Shown here in pieces: positions 27,475 to 40,339 of a stretch of DNA of 64,000 bases. The notes beneath the pieces were generated by a model. The model saw nothing but the letters and a program-made list of their open reading frames with translations, did no database searches and was not told the origin of the DNA. Both the position numbers and the translations under genes were made by a program. Location: positions 57,164,001 through 57,228,000 of the forward strand of contig OX597819.1 in NCBI GenBank assembly GCA_951406725.2, given 5' to 3'. Source of the stretch: Octopus vulgaris (Eukaryota). How positions within the stretch are numbered: position 1 is the first letter of the stretch; every line of letters starts with the position of its first letter.

Positions 27475-28516
27475 TCGTCGAGATCTAGGATTTGGAAGCT
27501 TTTTTATGTTTTTGTCACAAATACAAGGCGATTTATGTACTGAACCTGTTAAAAATATCATATGTAACTCATTCTTTTTTTACCTGTTCTCACTTCTATA
27601 GGATGTCATCTAAAAGACAACATGCTTTATACAGTACACAAATGATACTGATGCTCTTATTTAGCCTTTCCCTGAGGGTTTCTTTGAAACATTAATCTAC
27701 CAGCACTTCAGTACAAGCTATCTTGATAAAAGACTGTAAACGCTTCTCCTTAAAGAAGCGAGTATCAAAATTGATTTTCAACTCGTCAATATATTTGTTG
27801 AAAATATGAATTCTTAGTGGCAATTCACTTGTATATCGACAGGAAATAATGAAATATTCTAAACAATTTTTAAATTATTTAAATAATTGCAATTCATAAA
27901 TCAATAATATTTTAGACTCACATATGGCTGCGTAGCTCAAAAGGTTATGTGGTAGTTACATAGTTTCAATGTCAGTTTTACAGCGCGTCTTCTACCATTG
28001 TGTCTAGTTGTGCTTGTGTAGGCGAGTGTATTAAAATTTAATTATTGCGCTGTTTGGAATCGGTACATTTGAATATGTCTTCTGTGACATTTGTAAAAGA
28101 CAGGGTTCTCTCATTTTACAACAACGTCTATTTTGCCTTTTCCATATTACGAAACGGTGGATCGAGTACAAAACAAAATACTATGCGTCGAAATAATTGA
28201 CTAAATCTCACGAAAGTGGTACCCAAGACTATCAGATATCCTATATGTAAAAGCAAAAATGATTTCAACGATATTAAAAAATTATGTATATATGTTACAA
28301 AAGAATTCTTCAGTTCCGAACTAGCTTAATTTTATTCACAAACCACCGCTATTTTTTTTTCTTTCTGCAAATCACTATTTTGAATATCACTGGAAAAGTG
28401 TAGTGTCACAACTGAAGCAGCGCATTCACCACACAGAATTAACTGAAAATGTACAAAACAGGGATGACAGTTCCTCAATAGTTAAAGGTTCGCTACTGAT
28501 AGCACCAAAATGTATA

Positions 28517-28933
28517 GGCGCAGGAGTGGCTGTGTGGTAAGTAGCTTGCTAACCAACCACATGGTTCCAGGTTCAGTCCCACTGCGTGACATCTTGGGCA
28601 AGTGTCTTCTGCTATAGCCCCGAGCCGACCAATGCCTTGTGAGTGGATTTGGTAGACGGAAACTGAAAGAAGCCTGTCGTATATATGTATATATATATGT
28701 ATGTGTGTGTGTGTGCGTGTGTCTGTGTTTGTCTCCCTAGCATTGCTTGACAACCGATGCTGGTGTGTTTACGTCCCCGTCACTTAGCGGTTCGGCAAAA
28801 GTGCCCGATAGAATAAGTACTGGGCTTACAAACAATAAGTCCCGGGGTCGATTTGCTCGACTAAAAGGTGGTGCTCCAGCATGGCCGCAGTCAAATGACT
28901 GAAACAATTAAAAGAGTAAAAGAGAGTAAAGAG
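28517..28933 (+). mobile_element. SINE family A, full length
   Basis: Aligns end to end with 6472-6857 and 60616-61066. Confidence 0.93.
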
Positions 28934-28968
28934 TATAAGCGCAGGCGTGGCTATGTGGTAAGAAGCCA

Positions 28969-29086
<118 letters not shown>

Positions 29087-29088
29087 CA

Positions 29089-29445
29089 TACTTTATAATT
29101 AGGGTTCAGCAAAGATTTTGCTTCACCACATACCGAAGTTTAGAAATAGCAGTAAAAAAACCTTAGCTATTTCTTTTACTTTAAAGGGACTCCCAGAAAA
29201 AACCAAAGTTGATTGTTTTCAAGTACTTTGGTTTTTCTGGGCGTCCCTTTTAAAGTAGAAGAAATAGCTAAGGATTTTGACTGCTATTTCTAAACTTCGG
29301 TATGTGGTGAAGCAAATCTTTGCTGAACCTTAATTATAAAGTATTACGTAAGCTTACCATGAAATGGTCTTTTCATGCCGAATTCTACTTGGTGAAATTA
29401 CTGATAACTTCTTAATTAATTAATTTTACCCTTTGTTAATATATA
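29089..29445. repeat. Fold-back element (imperfect ~125-bp arms, 29089-29344) with one-sided extension
   Basis: TACTTTATAATTAGGGTTCAGCAAAGA.. pairs with ..TCTTTGCTGAACCTTAATTATAAAGTA; the extension 29360-29440 is a reverse-complement relative of 33922-33995 and 31362-31435. Confidence 0.88.
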
Positions 29446-29446
29446 C

Positions 29447-29501
<55 letters not shown>

Positions 29502-29559
29502 TATATATATAAAAAAAGGGGGGATAGAGTTATTGGTAAATAAGGAGATTCTCACTTAT

Positions 29560-29599
29560 ACCTATACACATATGTATACGTATCTACACACACATATAT

Positions 29600-29648
<49 letters not shown>

Positions 29649-29947
29649 TATACACGCATATACATACATATCTACATACACACATACATACACCCGCCCA
29701 CATATACAAATTTATACACATGCACATGCAAATACCTGTCTACACATACACACACGTATATATGCATACACTCACTCCCATGCATGCACGCATACACACA
29801 TGTATATATATACCCACGACCACACATACATATATACACAGAAAAATATATATTCATACGCACATACACTCATGCACACACAACACACCTAGTTCCCTAT
29901 ATACACATATTTACACCTATATATACATACACCCACATACACATATG

Positions 29948-29995
<48 letters not shown>

Positions 29996-30096
29996 CACGC
30001 ATACATATATATACACATGTGTGCACATACATACATATACACACATACATACACATACACATACACATGTGTACCTATACATACCTACACATACAC

Positions 30097-30149
<53 letters not shown>

Positions 30150-30659
30150 CCAATACAGGCCCATTCCCTAATTTTAATTTTATTATCTTCATTTATTACT
30201 TTTGTTATCTTTGATCGCTAGAGCTAAGGATCCTGGCTATGGCAGCATGTCCATTTGTCTGTCTACTAGAAGGCAAGTACTCATTCCCGCACGCACACTC
30301 ATTAGCACGTACATTCACCCATTCGTACACTCATACACATACACGTACGCACGCGTTATATTCATACATACAAACATCTACATACGTTCACGTATATACA
30401 CATACGTACTCGTACCTACAGATTCGTGTCTACACTTTAGGAGGCTAGTCTATACATATACACCAATAAATATACATATATATATATATACACATATACA
30501 TACACACACACACATATATACACGTGTGCAAGCATACATACATACTCATACACGCACACATACTTACATATACATATATGCACACACTTACACACATATA
30601 TACATACACATATACATGCATACATACATATATGCATACATACACACACGCGCACTCAT

Positions 30660-30728
<69 letters not shown>

Positions 30729-30981
30729 TACACATACACATACATACACATATACACATACATACACATACATACACATACACATATACACATATATACA
30801 CATATACACATACATATATACACATATACATACATATACATACACACACACATACATATATACATATACACTGATATATATACACACACACACATATACA
30901 CATGCATATACTTATATCTCTACATACTCACATATAAACATATATATATATATATACACACACATATATATACATGTACAT

Positions 30982-31056
<75 letters not shown>

Positions 31057-31360
31057 TACATATACACATATACATGTATACATACGCAATAATGATACAC
31101 ATATATACACATACACACACACAGACAGATGCATATACATACATATATATATATAAATTACATATCTATATAAATACATACATAATACACATATACACAC
31201 ACATATATATACATGCATATACATATACAAATATACATACACATACATACACACACACGCGCACACATACATATACACACACACATATACAAATACATAC
31301 ATACACACATACACACACACACATATATACATACATGTACACATATACATATATATATAT
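29560..31360 (+). repeat. Irregular compound (CA/TA/CATA) low-complexity tract
   Basis: Direct reading; interrupted by a unique island at ~30145-30450. Confidence 0.9.
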
Positions 31361-31361
31361 A

Positions 31362-31867
31362 TATCAACAAGGGAGGGTAAAGTTAATTAGTTATTAATCA
31401 ATTTCACCAAGTATTCAGTATGTAAAGGGACCATTATTATTTTTTTGAGTAAACAGTGTAAGAGGGAAAAAATTCTCTAAGTAGTGGAAGAGGCTAAAAA
31501 ACTTTATTGGCTGCTATTTCTAGAAAGTTTTTTTTTATTTTATTTATTTATTTATTTTTTTTTTTATTTATTTTTTTATTTATCTATTCTTTCATCTAAC
31601 TTACCACTGACTCCTTGACCACTCCCCCAAGTATGATATTTTGCGCTATGCCTACCCCCAAAAAAGTCCCCCACCACCACTCCTTTAAACCTGCCTAAAT
31701 GTATAAATGCTAATACAATTCTTGTTAAATAGCTTCCTGAAGATTTCTCTTGAATGAAACAGTACTAGTCCTGTAGAAGCTCCTTCTATATAATAAATTA
31801 ATTTTACTCTGCTATGTATTGAGTACCTTACTTACTGTGGTTAACCCCGAATCAACCCGGGACCTAC

Positions 31868-31870
<3 letters not shown>
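31362..31870 (+). mobile_element. Composite short element between (TA)n arrays, probably PLE terminal fragments, carrying a hammerhead
   Basis: Left part shared with 33922 and 29440(rc); right terminus GCTATGTATTGAGTACCTTA..CCCGGGACCTACA also at 5346-5402. Confidence 0.65.
31731..31781 (+). ncRNA. Type I hammerhead ribozyme, canonical core
   Basis: AGCTTC-CTGAAGA-T-TTC(TCTT)GAA-T-GAA-ACAG(TACTAGTC)CTGT-A-GAAGCT: perfect 6-bp stem I, CUGAAGA, stem III ACAG/CTGT, GUA site after 31775. Confidence 0.88.
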
Positions 31871-31908
<38 letters not shown>

Positions 31909-31945
31909 CATATATATACATACATATACATATATATATATATGC

Positions 31946-32037
<92 letters not shown>

Positions 32038-32521
32038 CATATATATATATATGCACTCTAGAAAAGTTCAACAGATCAACTGCAACCTCGACCCTATCGG
32101 GTTTTGAAAGCATTGCAAGTGTTACCAGAGTAAATAATGCAAGATATTTCGTTCGTTATTTAAATGGTTCATATTATTAGCATAAACACATCAAACACCA
32201 CAAATATTCGGTTACTAAGTATATGCAAGTTTAAAGGACTGAGATTTTCCTCCCAGCAGTGGTTTCTATGAATTAAACGCAGTACAGTGCAAATATTAAC
32301 AACAACGTGTAAACAACCGCTTGACACAAACATACAGAATATATAAGTACTAAATTACTTAAATAACTTTTCAGGGCTTTGTATACGCCTCTGACAATGC
32401 TCATACTTGCGCAAAATTTATTGATCTCGCTGCCATTAACTAATAATGTGTAAACTTCTGGACGAAGGAATTTAAAAGTATGAGTTGGAGTGACGAAAGG
32501 AAATGAAATATAAAAGCGATA

Positions 32522-32953
32522 TTCTTTTCTACTCTATGCATAAGGCCCGAAATTTTGGGGGAGGGAGCCATGCGATTAGATTGATCGCAGTACGCAACTG
32601 GTAGTTAATTTATCGACACCGAATGGATGAAAGACAAAGTCGACCTCGGCGGAATTTGAATTCAGAACGTAAAGACAGACGAAATAGTGCTAAGCGTTTC
32701 GCCCGGCGTTCTAACGTTTCTTATTTCTTTACTGCCCGCAACGGGCTAAACACATAGAGGTCAAACAAGGACAGACAAAGGGATTAAGTCGATTATATCG
32801 ACGCCAGTGCGTAAATGGTATTTATTTAATCGAGCCCGAATGGATGAAAGGCACAGTCGATCTCGGCGGGATCTAAACTCAGGACGTAAAGGCAGGCGAA
32901 ATATCGCTAAGCATTTCGCCCGGCGTGCTAATTTTTCTGCCAGCTCACCGCCT
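32522..32953 (-). mobile_element. Two tandem SINE family B copies with different tails
   Basis: Minus-strand head GGCGGTGAGCTGGCAGAAA..TTAGCACGCCGGGCGAAATG, B-box GAGTT.A.ATTCC, core CTTTCATCC.TTCGG.GTCGATAAATTAA.TACCAG. Confidence 0.88.
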
Positions 32954-33868
32954 TAAATACGAAAACGATATTGAGTGCAGTGTTGTAGACCGTTCGAAAT
33001 CACAATGGTTAGATGTTAGATGACATGCACAAACAGTGAATCACACATACACACTCACCCCCCTCCCACACGCACAATCACAACTGTCAATATCTACCTT
33101 GCATATATGTGTGTGTGTGTGTATGTGTATGTGTGTGTGTGTGTGTGTGTGTGCATATTTGTTTCGTAAATCTTCTTCTAAGGACGGATTTCGTCACAGC
33201 CAAGTTTCGTTTTCCACTTTGCCAAGTCGCTAAATAGCATAAAAGAGCAAAGTAGCTTAAAAAGCACAGCGCTGCAGTTACTCTTGCTATCCTTCTGTAC
33301 GCTTCGCACTTTCATTCTCACCCTTTCCGTGAGGATGATATCGGCTCTGTTCATGCTTATAGAAGAAGAAACTGCACCAAGATTAAAACAGACATCTTAT
33401 GAGTTCATCAGGTGTTAAGGTTAAGAAACCAACATATATTTATATATACCCATAAACACACACACAAAGACACACAAACACACATGTATAATGCATTTCT
33501 CACTTAAGCTGATTTTTAATACTTCACACACACACACACACACACACACGCATGCGCACAAACAATCACATTCACTAAGTAATAATTTCTATACCAGGTA
33601 TTTTACTTCTATTTTTTTCTCTTCTTTTTCTTTAATGTATAACGTACATTAAAAAAAAAAAAATGAAAAAAGATCAGAAAAGATGAAAAAAAAAAAAATG
33701 AAAAAGATCAGAAAAGATGAAAAAAAAAAAAAATGTAATAGCATTGAAACATTAATATCACTCTCGGGTAACTATTTGTATGAAATATATTTGTACTACA
33801 CTTCCTTTCAAGGAGTCTTTGTCTTCCTTTGGCGTTAGATGAAGTCATAAAACATTCTCCACTCATTA

Positions 33869-33921
<53 letters not shown>

Positions 33922-33925
<4 letters not shown>

Positions 33926-34207
33926 ACAATTGAGGGTAAAATTAATTAATTAATCAATTTCACCAAGTGTTCAGTATGTAAAAGGACCATTTAAGGCGAA
34001 TTCAAAATATTACATTATATAATTAGGCTTAGTAAAATAAATTACTTTGCCACATACTGAACTTAGTAGAAATAGCAGCCAAAAAAAATTTTCTTACCAT
34101 TTCTACTAAGTAGTAGAAATGCTAAGAACATTTTTTTTGGCTGCTATTTCTACTAAGTTCAGTATGTGGCAAAGTAATTTATTTTACTAAGCCCTAATTA
34201 TATAATA
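33922..34207. repeat. Fold-back element (~95-bp arms, 34015-34207) with one-sided extension
   Basis: ATTATATAATTAGGCTTAGTAAAATAAATTACTTTGCCACATACTGAAC.. pairs with ..GTTCAGTATGTGGCAAAGTAATTTATTTTACTAAGCCCTAATTATATAAT; related to 29089-29445. Confidence 0.9.
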
Positions 34208-34475
34208 TATATATATATATATGTGTGTGTGATAAATAAAAATATATGCATACATACAAACATATATGTACGTACCTACATCTACATGTATATATACATA
34301 CATATTTAAATAATTATACGTGAGTAATGCATGTATATATACATGTAGATGTAGGTACGTACATATATGTTTGTATGTATGCATATATTTTTATTTATCA
34401 CATTATTGTCTGACAGCGCCCCGCGTCAGGTTCGTTCCGATTCGTCGTTTCGTTCCACCTCTTGGCTCCTGTTAT

Positions 34476-34539
<64 letters not shown>

Positions 34540-34559
34540 TATATGTGTGTGTGTGTGTG

Positions 34560-34762
34560 AGTTAATCCAAACATGAAAACACAAAAACACAACAACGCGA
34601 GGACGTGGAACAAGTATAGTGTTATTGGACTCTCAGGAAAGGAAACAAAGAAGGAGGATTTAACGCTTCGAGCGGAGCTCTTCGTCGGAAACACAGACAA
34701 AGGAAAGATCCAGAGAAGAGAAGACGGAAGAAAAAAAATCGCCAACTATACACACACGGTCG
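34560..34762 (-). mobile_element. Solo PLE terminal-repeat fragment (family 2) with degenerate hammerhead at 34658-34692
   Basis: Reverse complement aligns to 3845-4055; core CCGACGA-A-GAGC(TCC)GCTC-GAAGCGTT. Confidence 0.75.
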
Positions 34763-34855
34763 TAGTGTATGTGTGTATATATATATATGACTGATAGATA
34801 CATACACACGCGTATGTGGCTGTATGTGTGTGTAGATATATATATATATATATAG

Positions 34856-35035
34856 ACGCGCAGGCGTGACGGTGTGGCAAGAAGTTTGCTTCTCAGCCAC
34901 ATGGTTCCAGGTTCAGTCCCACTGCATCGTACGTTGGGAAAGTGTCTTCAATTGTAGCCTCGCGTCGAAGGAAGACGTGTGAGTGGATTTGGTAGACGGG
35001 AACTGAAAGAAGCCCGTCGTATACATACGTACATG

Positions 35036-35067
<32 letters not shown>

Positions 35068-35234
35068 TACACACACACACACGCACACGCATATATTTAT
35101 ATTCATACGTGTTTGTACCCCTGTTATCACCTAACAGCTGATGCTTACAAAGAATAATTCCTAGTGTCGATTACTTGGAATAGAAAGGCGATGCTCCAGG
35201 TTTGCCGCAGTCGAATGACTATAAAATGAAAAGA

Positions 35235-35235
<1 letters not shown>
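34856..35235 (+). mobile_element. SINE family A, diverged with internal deletion
   Basis: Head, body and GCCGCAGTCGAATGACT tail align to other copies. Confidence 0.85.
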
Positions 35236-35290
<55 letters not shown>

Positions 35291-35370
35291 AAGTTGAGTT
35301 GTGGGGTATCGCACGAGTGGGATTATATAAGAAAAAAGGTTTGAAAATGCAATTTAAACGATGTTTATTT

Positions 35371-35411
35371 ACTTAACCGGTTTCACTCTTTGGTAAAAGA
35401 TTGTCAAAAGT
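35371..35411 (-). ncRNA. Minimal hammerhead-like motif, U3-A8 variant (left arm)
   Basis: Reverse complement of 37440-37480. Confidence 0.6.
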
Positions 35412-36233
35412 TACATTTAAGGAAACATTGAATAATATGGGTTCAAAAAAGTTTTTACATAATTGTCACATTGAATATTATGCATTCAAAAAAGTTTTTT
35501 ACATAATTGTCACATTGGATATTATGGGTTCAAAAAAGTTTTTTACATAATTGTCACATTGAATATTATGCATTCAAAAAAGTTTTTTACATAATTGTCA
35601 CATTGGATATTATGAATTCAAAAATGTTTTTTTATACATAATTGTCACATTATTTGGGAAAATTTGGCAGAAAAGGATAAAACAAATATATTATTGGGAA
35701 TTGGTTGCGTTAATTATTGGTTGTCGCAAATTGTCACATTACATGTATATATATACAATCTTTGGTATATATATACAGCGTTTTGACAGCAAAAATTAAA
35801 ATGGATTTTTTGTACATCTCAGAATATTTTAAGTATGTTTTTACTGACCTGTCAGTATTAGCAGAAAGGCTGAACTGAGAGAACAGAAGAAGTAGCCAAT
35901 GTGGTGTATACTTCCCCTTTATGCATGAATGATTTTGGGGTTATCAGGAGGTTAGTATGTGGGTGTGAATAGATGTGTCCGTGCCTGCTGGTCAGACAGC
36001 GTCTGTTTGTCACACACATATATATACACACAAACACACACACACACAACAACACACACACACACACACATAGTATACAAACACACACCACATACAAACA
36101 ACACACACACACAGAACACACACACCCACACACAACGCACCCACATATATCACATATACACACAGCACACAAATATAACATGTATCTATATATAACATAC
36201 ACAGATATATAACACACATACACACACAACACA

Positions 36234-36272
<39 letters not shown>

Positions 36273-37439
36273 CACACGCACACATACATACATAATATAA
36301 ATATCACACAAATACACCTAGCATATATATACACACATACAATACACACATACAGCATGTAAGTAATATACATACACAATATATGCATGCAATATACATA
36401 CGCAATACATACATATAATATATATATATATAGACAATGCATATACATATATACACATATACATATAAATAGTGTTTACATACACATACATAGATGTACC
36501 ACATATACACACAACACACATACATACAATGCATACACATACACGTACGCATACATATAATATATATATATACACACACACACATAACATACATACACAC
36601 ACAATGCATACATATATATACACGCAATGCATATACATGTATTCATGCACGTATAGCACACCTACAATATACATATATACAGTGCACACATACACACAAA
36701 TATATACACTTAATTGTACACGTACATATACAATACACATACATACAATATACATATACACAATGCGCATGCAAATAATGTACATGTTTATACACACATA
36801 AACATGCAAATAAATATACACACACACACATACACACACACACATATATATACACATATATATATATATATATACACACATACATACATACATACTAACC
36901 TCCTGATAACCCCAAAATCATTCATGCATAAAGGGGAAGTATACACCACATTGGCTACTTCTTCTGTTCTCTCAGTTCAGCCTTTCTGCTAATACTGACA
37001 GGTCAGTAAAAACATACTTAAAATATTCTGAGATGTACAAAAAATCCATTTTAATTTTTGCTGTCAAAACGCTGTATATATATACCAAAGATTGTATATA
37101 TATACATGTAATGTGACAATTTGCGACAACCAATAATTAACGCAACCAATTCCCAATAATATATTTGTTTTATCCTTTTCTGCCAAATTTTCCCAAATAA
37201 TGTGACAATTATGTATAAAAAAACATTTTTGAATTCATAATATCCAATGTGACAATTATGTAAAAAACTTTTTTGAATGCATAATATTCAATGTGACAAT
37301 TATGTAAAAAACTTTTTTTGAACCCATAATATCCAATGTGACAATTATGTAAAAAACTTTTTTGAATGCATAATATTCAATGTGACAATTATGTAAAAAC
37401 TTTTTTGAACCCATATTATTCAATGTTTCCTTAAATGTA

Positions 37440-37480
37440 ACTTTTGACAATCTTTTACCAAAGAGTGAAACCGGTTAAGT
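37440..37480 (+). ncRNA. Minimal type I hammerhead-like motif with compensatory U3-A8 core
   Basis: ACTT-TTGACAA-T-CTTTT(ACCA)AAGAG-T-GAA-ACCGGT-T-AAGT: stem I ACTT/AAGT, 5-bp stem II, palindromic stem III. Confidence 0.62.
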
Positions 37481-37521
37481 AAATAAACATCGTTTAAATT
37501 GCATTTTCAAACCTTTTTTCT

Positions 37522-37553
<32 letters not shown>

Positions 37554-39717
37554 CGTATGTATATATATATAAATATTAGCGTGAGTGAGTGTGTTTGTGC
37601 AATTGGTTTTGCGTAGCTGGTCAGCAAATGATTTATATGCATAAGTTTCTTGATTTCTGTCACAATGCTGTACTTGCGTTCTAAACAGATAATGCTAAAT
37701 AGCTTCCTTGAGTCTCGGTAGTGTTCTGTAGTTCCACGCGTCACTGTTTATCATTTAGCGCCATCTATTTCAACTTTTCCCTCTCTATCTTTAACTCATC
37801 CCTTCTCTCCTTCACTCTTTCAATCACTGATTGTTTCCCACCCACCCACTGTATCTTACTTTTCTTTCCCCACCTTTCATCTTCTCTCTAGCCTTGCCAT
37901 TCTTCCTTTTATTCATGGCTACGCTATCGTTTATTAAACGTCGCAGCTGTCTATTGACTGTACCGCCAGATTTTGTTTCAGCCCCATCTCCTCAACCTCT
38001 ACCTTCCCACATGAAGCTCTCAATTTAATAAGAGTCTGTAATCGTTTTCTGTTTCAATGAAGTCCACTGTATACTGCTATCAGATTCTGGCATCGCTCAA
38101 CGGTAAATTGGGATTGAAATTACCCGGCCACAAGAGCTATCCACTTTCCAGATCTAAGGAATATAAATGCTTCCTTCAGATCGAGAGGGATCATCTTCTT
38201 GGCAAATCAAATACATTATTAAGATTAATATCTACATTCTTTCTCTAAGGTAAATGAAAAGGTCCAATATTTTTACAATACAATACATCTTAAGATCAAA
38301 CAAATTGAGAGAGTGAGCTAGCCAACCAGTCGGAATGATAAATCTCCATGCGCTATAACTCAAATAGATAAGACACAAAGGAAATTAGATCTAACAGATA
38401 ACATATTAAATGCCAACAGTATTTAAACTGGGTTCAATTACACATAGAACTAAGAACATTCTACATCTCAAATATTTCAGGAAGTATAATGTAATTATGT
38501 CGCCCGATTTATTCGATAAATTTAAAGTAACATAAATGCTATGAACATTCCACAGATATAGTTTAGAAAACTAATTAATTTAATGAGGAAAGCGTCATAG
38601 AGAGATCTTTTATAACAATTCAATTCTTCGGCATTACTTAATGCAATATTTACATTTTGCGTATATCTGTCTGAGATTTAGATTTTCGAAGAGATTTGTA
38701 TATGTTCTTTGGAGTCATATTCGTTTGGAAAGTAACTTGGTATGTGATCGTGTTTAAAGTAAACAGTTTTATTATGGAGTTGCCATGGCAACCATTGAAA
38801 TCAGACATATATCGTTATGTTCGTTTTAATTTGTGACAGTATTATGCAATCTATATCTATTATGCTATCTATAAAATCATCGCACATTTTCCATTTTCTT
38901 AACGCCACTTTAAATATTAATGACGTTTAAAATATTCGTAGAGGTCAAGTAATTTTAATATAGAAGTGTGTATAGGGTAGGTTCGTATCTCAAGTAATGT
39001 AACAAGGTGTTGGAAACAAATAGGCTTTGATCAGGAACTGAACTTGCATCGCAGTCTCAGCAAGCTTACAAACTTACTTTCTGCCTAACGATGGATGCCG
39101 CCTACACGTTGAAACCTAATGTGACAATTTTTGTGAGAGTCTCTAAGTAATCGTTTGGCCTGTTAGACATAGAAGGCAAATCTATCTCAAATCAAATCTG
39201 TTGTCTTAAACGGTCGAATGATAATGGATATTTTAATCCAGGATATAAAGTGCTTAAAATATGATTGAAATGCGTTTGATCAGGGATGAACAAGGAATAG
39301 ATGGGGTTTAGCAACAGGTCAAAAATCACAAGCACATTACTTCCATATTATTCAGTGACTAAAATGCCAGCGGAGAAAGCTCTTATCGTTCTACGAAAAA
39401 AATCGGCACTGGTACCCGACTGACGTAACTTCAATAAATGAAAGCTCTTGAACGCATTAGTGAAGGCTGTTGTTATATTAAGGACACGAAATCACACTTC
39501 TACTCTCCATTACAATGCATCATACATATCAACACACAGAGAAACATGCATTGTGTGTATGCGTGCGTGTTATGCATATACATATACAGGGGGTGCAAAA
39601 AATCGTTATACAATAAGTATCACAATGTTATAATACTTAATTCCTTCAAATTATTAGGATATTAAATTAGTTAGCCTAATTTTTTTTAATATTCTCAGTG
39701 ACATTAATAACAATAAT

Positions 39718-40010
39718 GTGGTGGCACATGGCATAGTGATTAGAGCAGCGGACTCGCGGGTTCGAATCTCAGATCTGGCGATGTTTGTGTTTACGAGCGA
39801 AACACCTAAGCTCCATGCAGTTCTGGCAGAAGGTAATGGCGAATCTCTGCTGAGTCTTTCGCCACAATTTTCTCTCACTCCTTCCTCCTGCATCTAGCTG
39901 CTCCCCTGTGATGGACCGGCGTCCTGTCCAGATAGGGAAACTATGCGTCAATGAAACCGGGAAAACTGGCCTTTATGAGCCAGGCATGGCTCGAGAAGGA
40001 ACGAAAGACA
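39718..40010 (+). mobile_element. tRNA-headed SINE family C
   Basis: A box TGGCATAGTGATT, B box GGTTCGAATCTC; 3' module CCCTGTGATGGACCGGCGTCCTGTCCAG..GAAACCGGGAAA shared with 47168-47410 and 60096-60220. Confidence 0.82.
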
Positions 40011-40129
40011 ACAATCATAATATTAAATTTATCATATCTATTATAATACTTTTATCATAACTTAAAATTTTTTTTGATAAAGATAAATCACAATTGTGTT
40101 TTCTTTTTCCATAACTGTGTATATATGTG

Positions 40130-40227
40130 TGTATGTATGTATGTATGTATGTATGTATGTATGTATGTATGTATGTATGTATGTATGTATGTATGTATGT
40201 ATGAATGTATATATGTATGTATGTATG

Positions 40228-40261
<34 letters not shown>

Positions 40262-40262
40262 T
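40130..40262 (+). repeat. (TATG)n microsatellite
   Basis: Direct reading. Confidence 0.95.
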
Positions 40263-40339
40263 ATACATATATGTGTGTGTGTGTGTGTGTGTATGTGTGG
40301 GTGTGAGTGTGTATAATTCATGAGGGAAGCGGTAGGTAG

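Larger units (their letters stand above)
35325..37527. repeat. Large inverted repeat: ~635-bp near-identical arms (35325-35960, 36891-37527) around a ~930-bp irregular CA/TA-rich spacer
   Basis: Arms are reverse complements with only homopolymer-scale differences seen; each holds five ~43-44-bp tandem units (ATTATG..TTCAAAAAAGTTTTTTACATAATTGTCACATTG.AT) and a hammerhead-like motif near the outer end. Confidence 0.96.

Noticed and set aside
33651-33735. Tandem duplication of A-run + TGAAAAAAGATCAGAAAAGATG
   Set aside because: Simple slippage or assembly duplication in poly-A; no further significance evident.
35435-35652. ~44-bp tandem units as a CRISPR array
   Set aside because: Units are contiguous with no unique spacers, the context is eukaryotic and no cas genes are present; it is a minisatellite.
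39586-39620. Tc1/mariner-like end TACAGGGGGTGCAAAAAA
   Set aside because: No matching inverted partner found.
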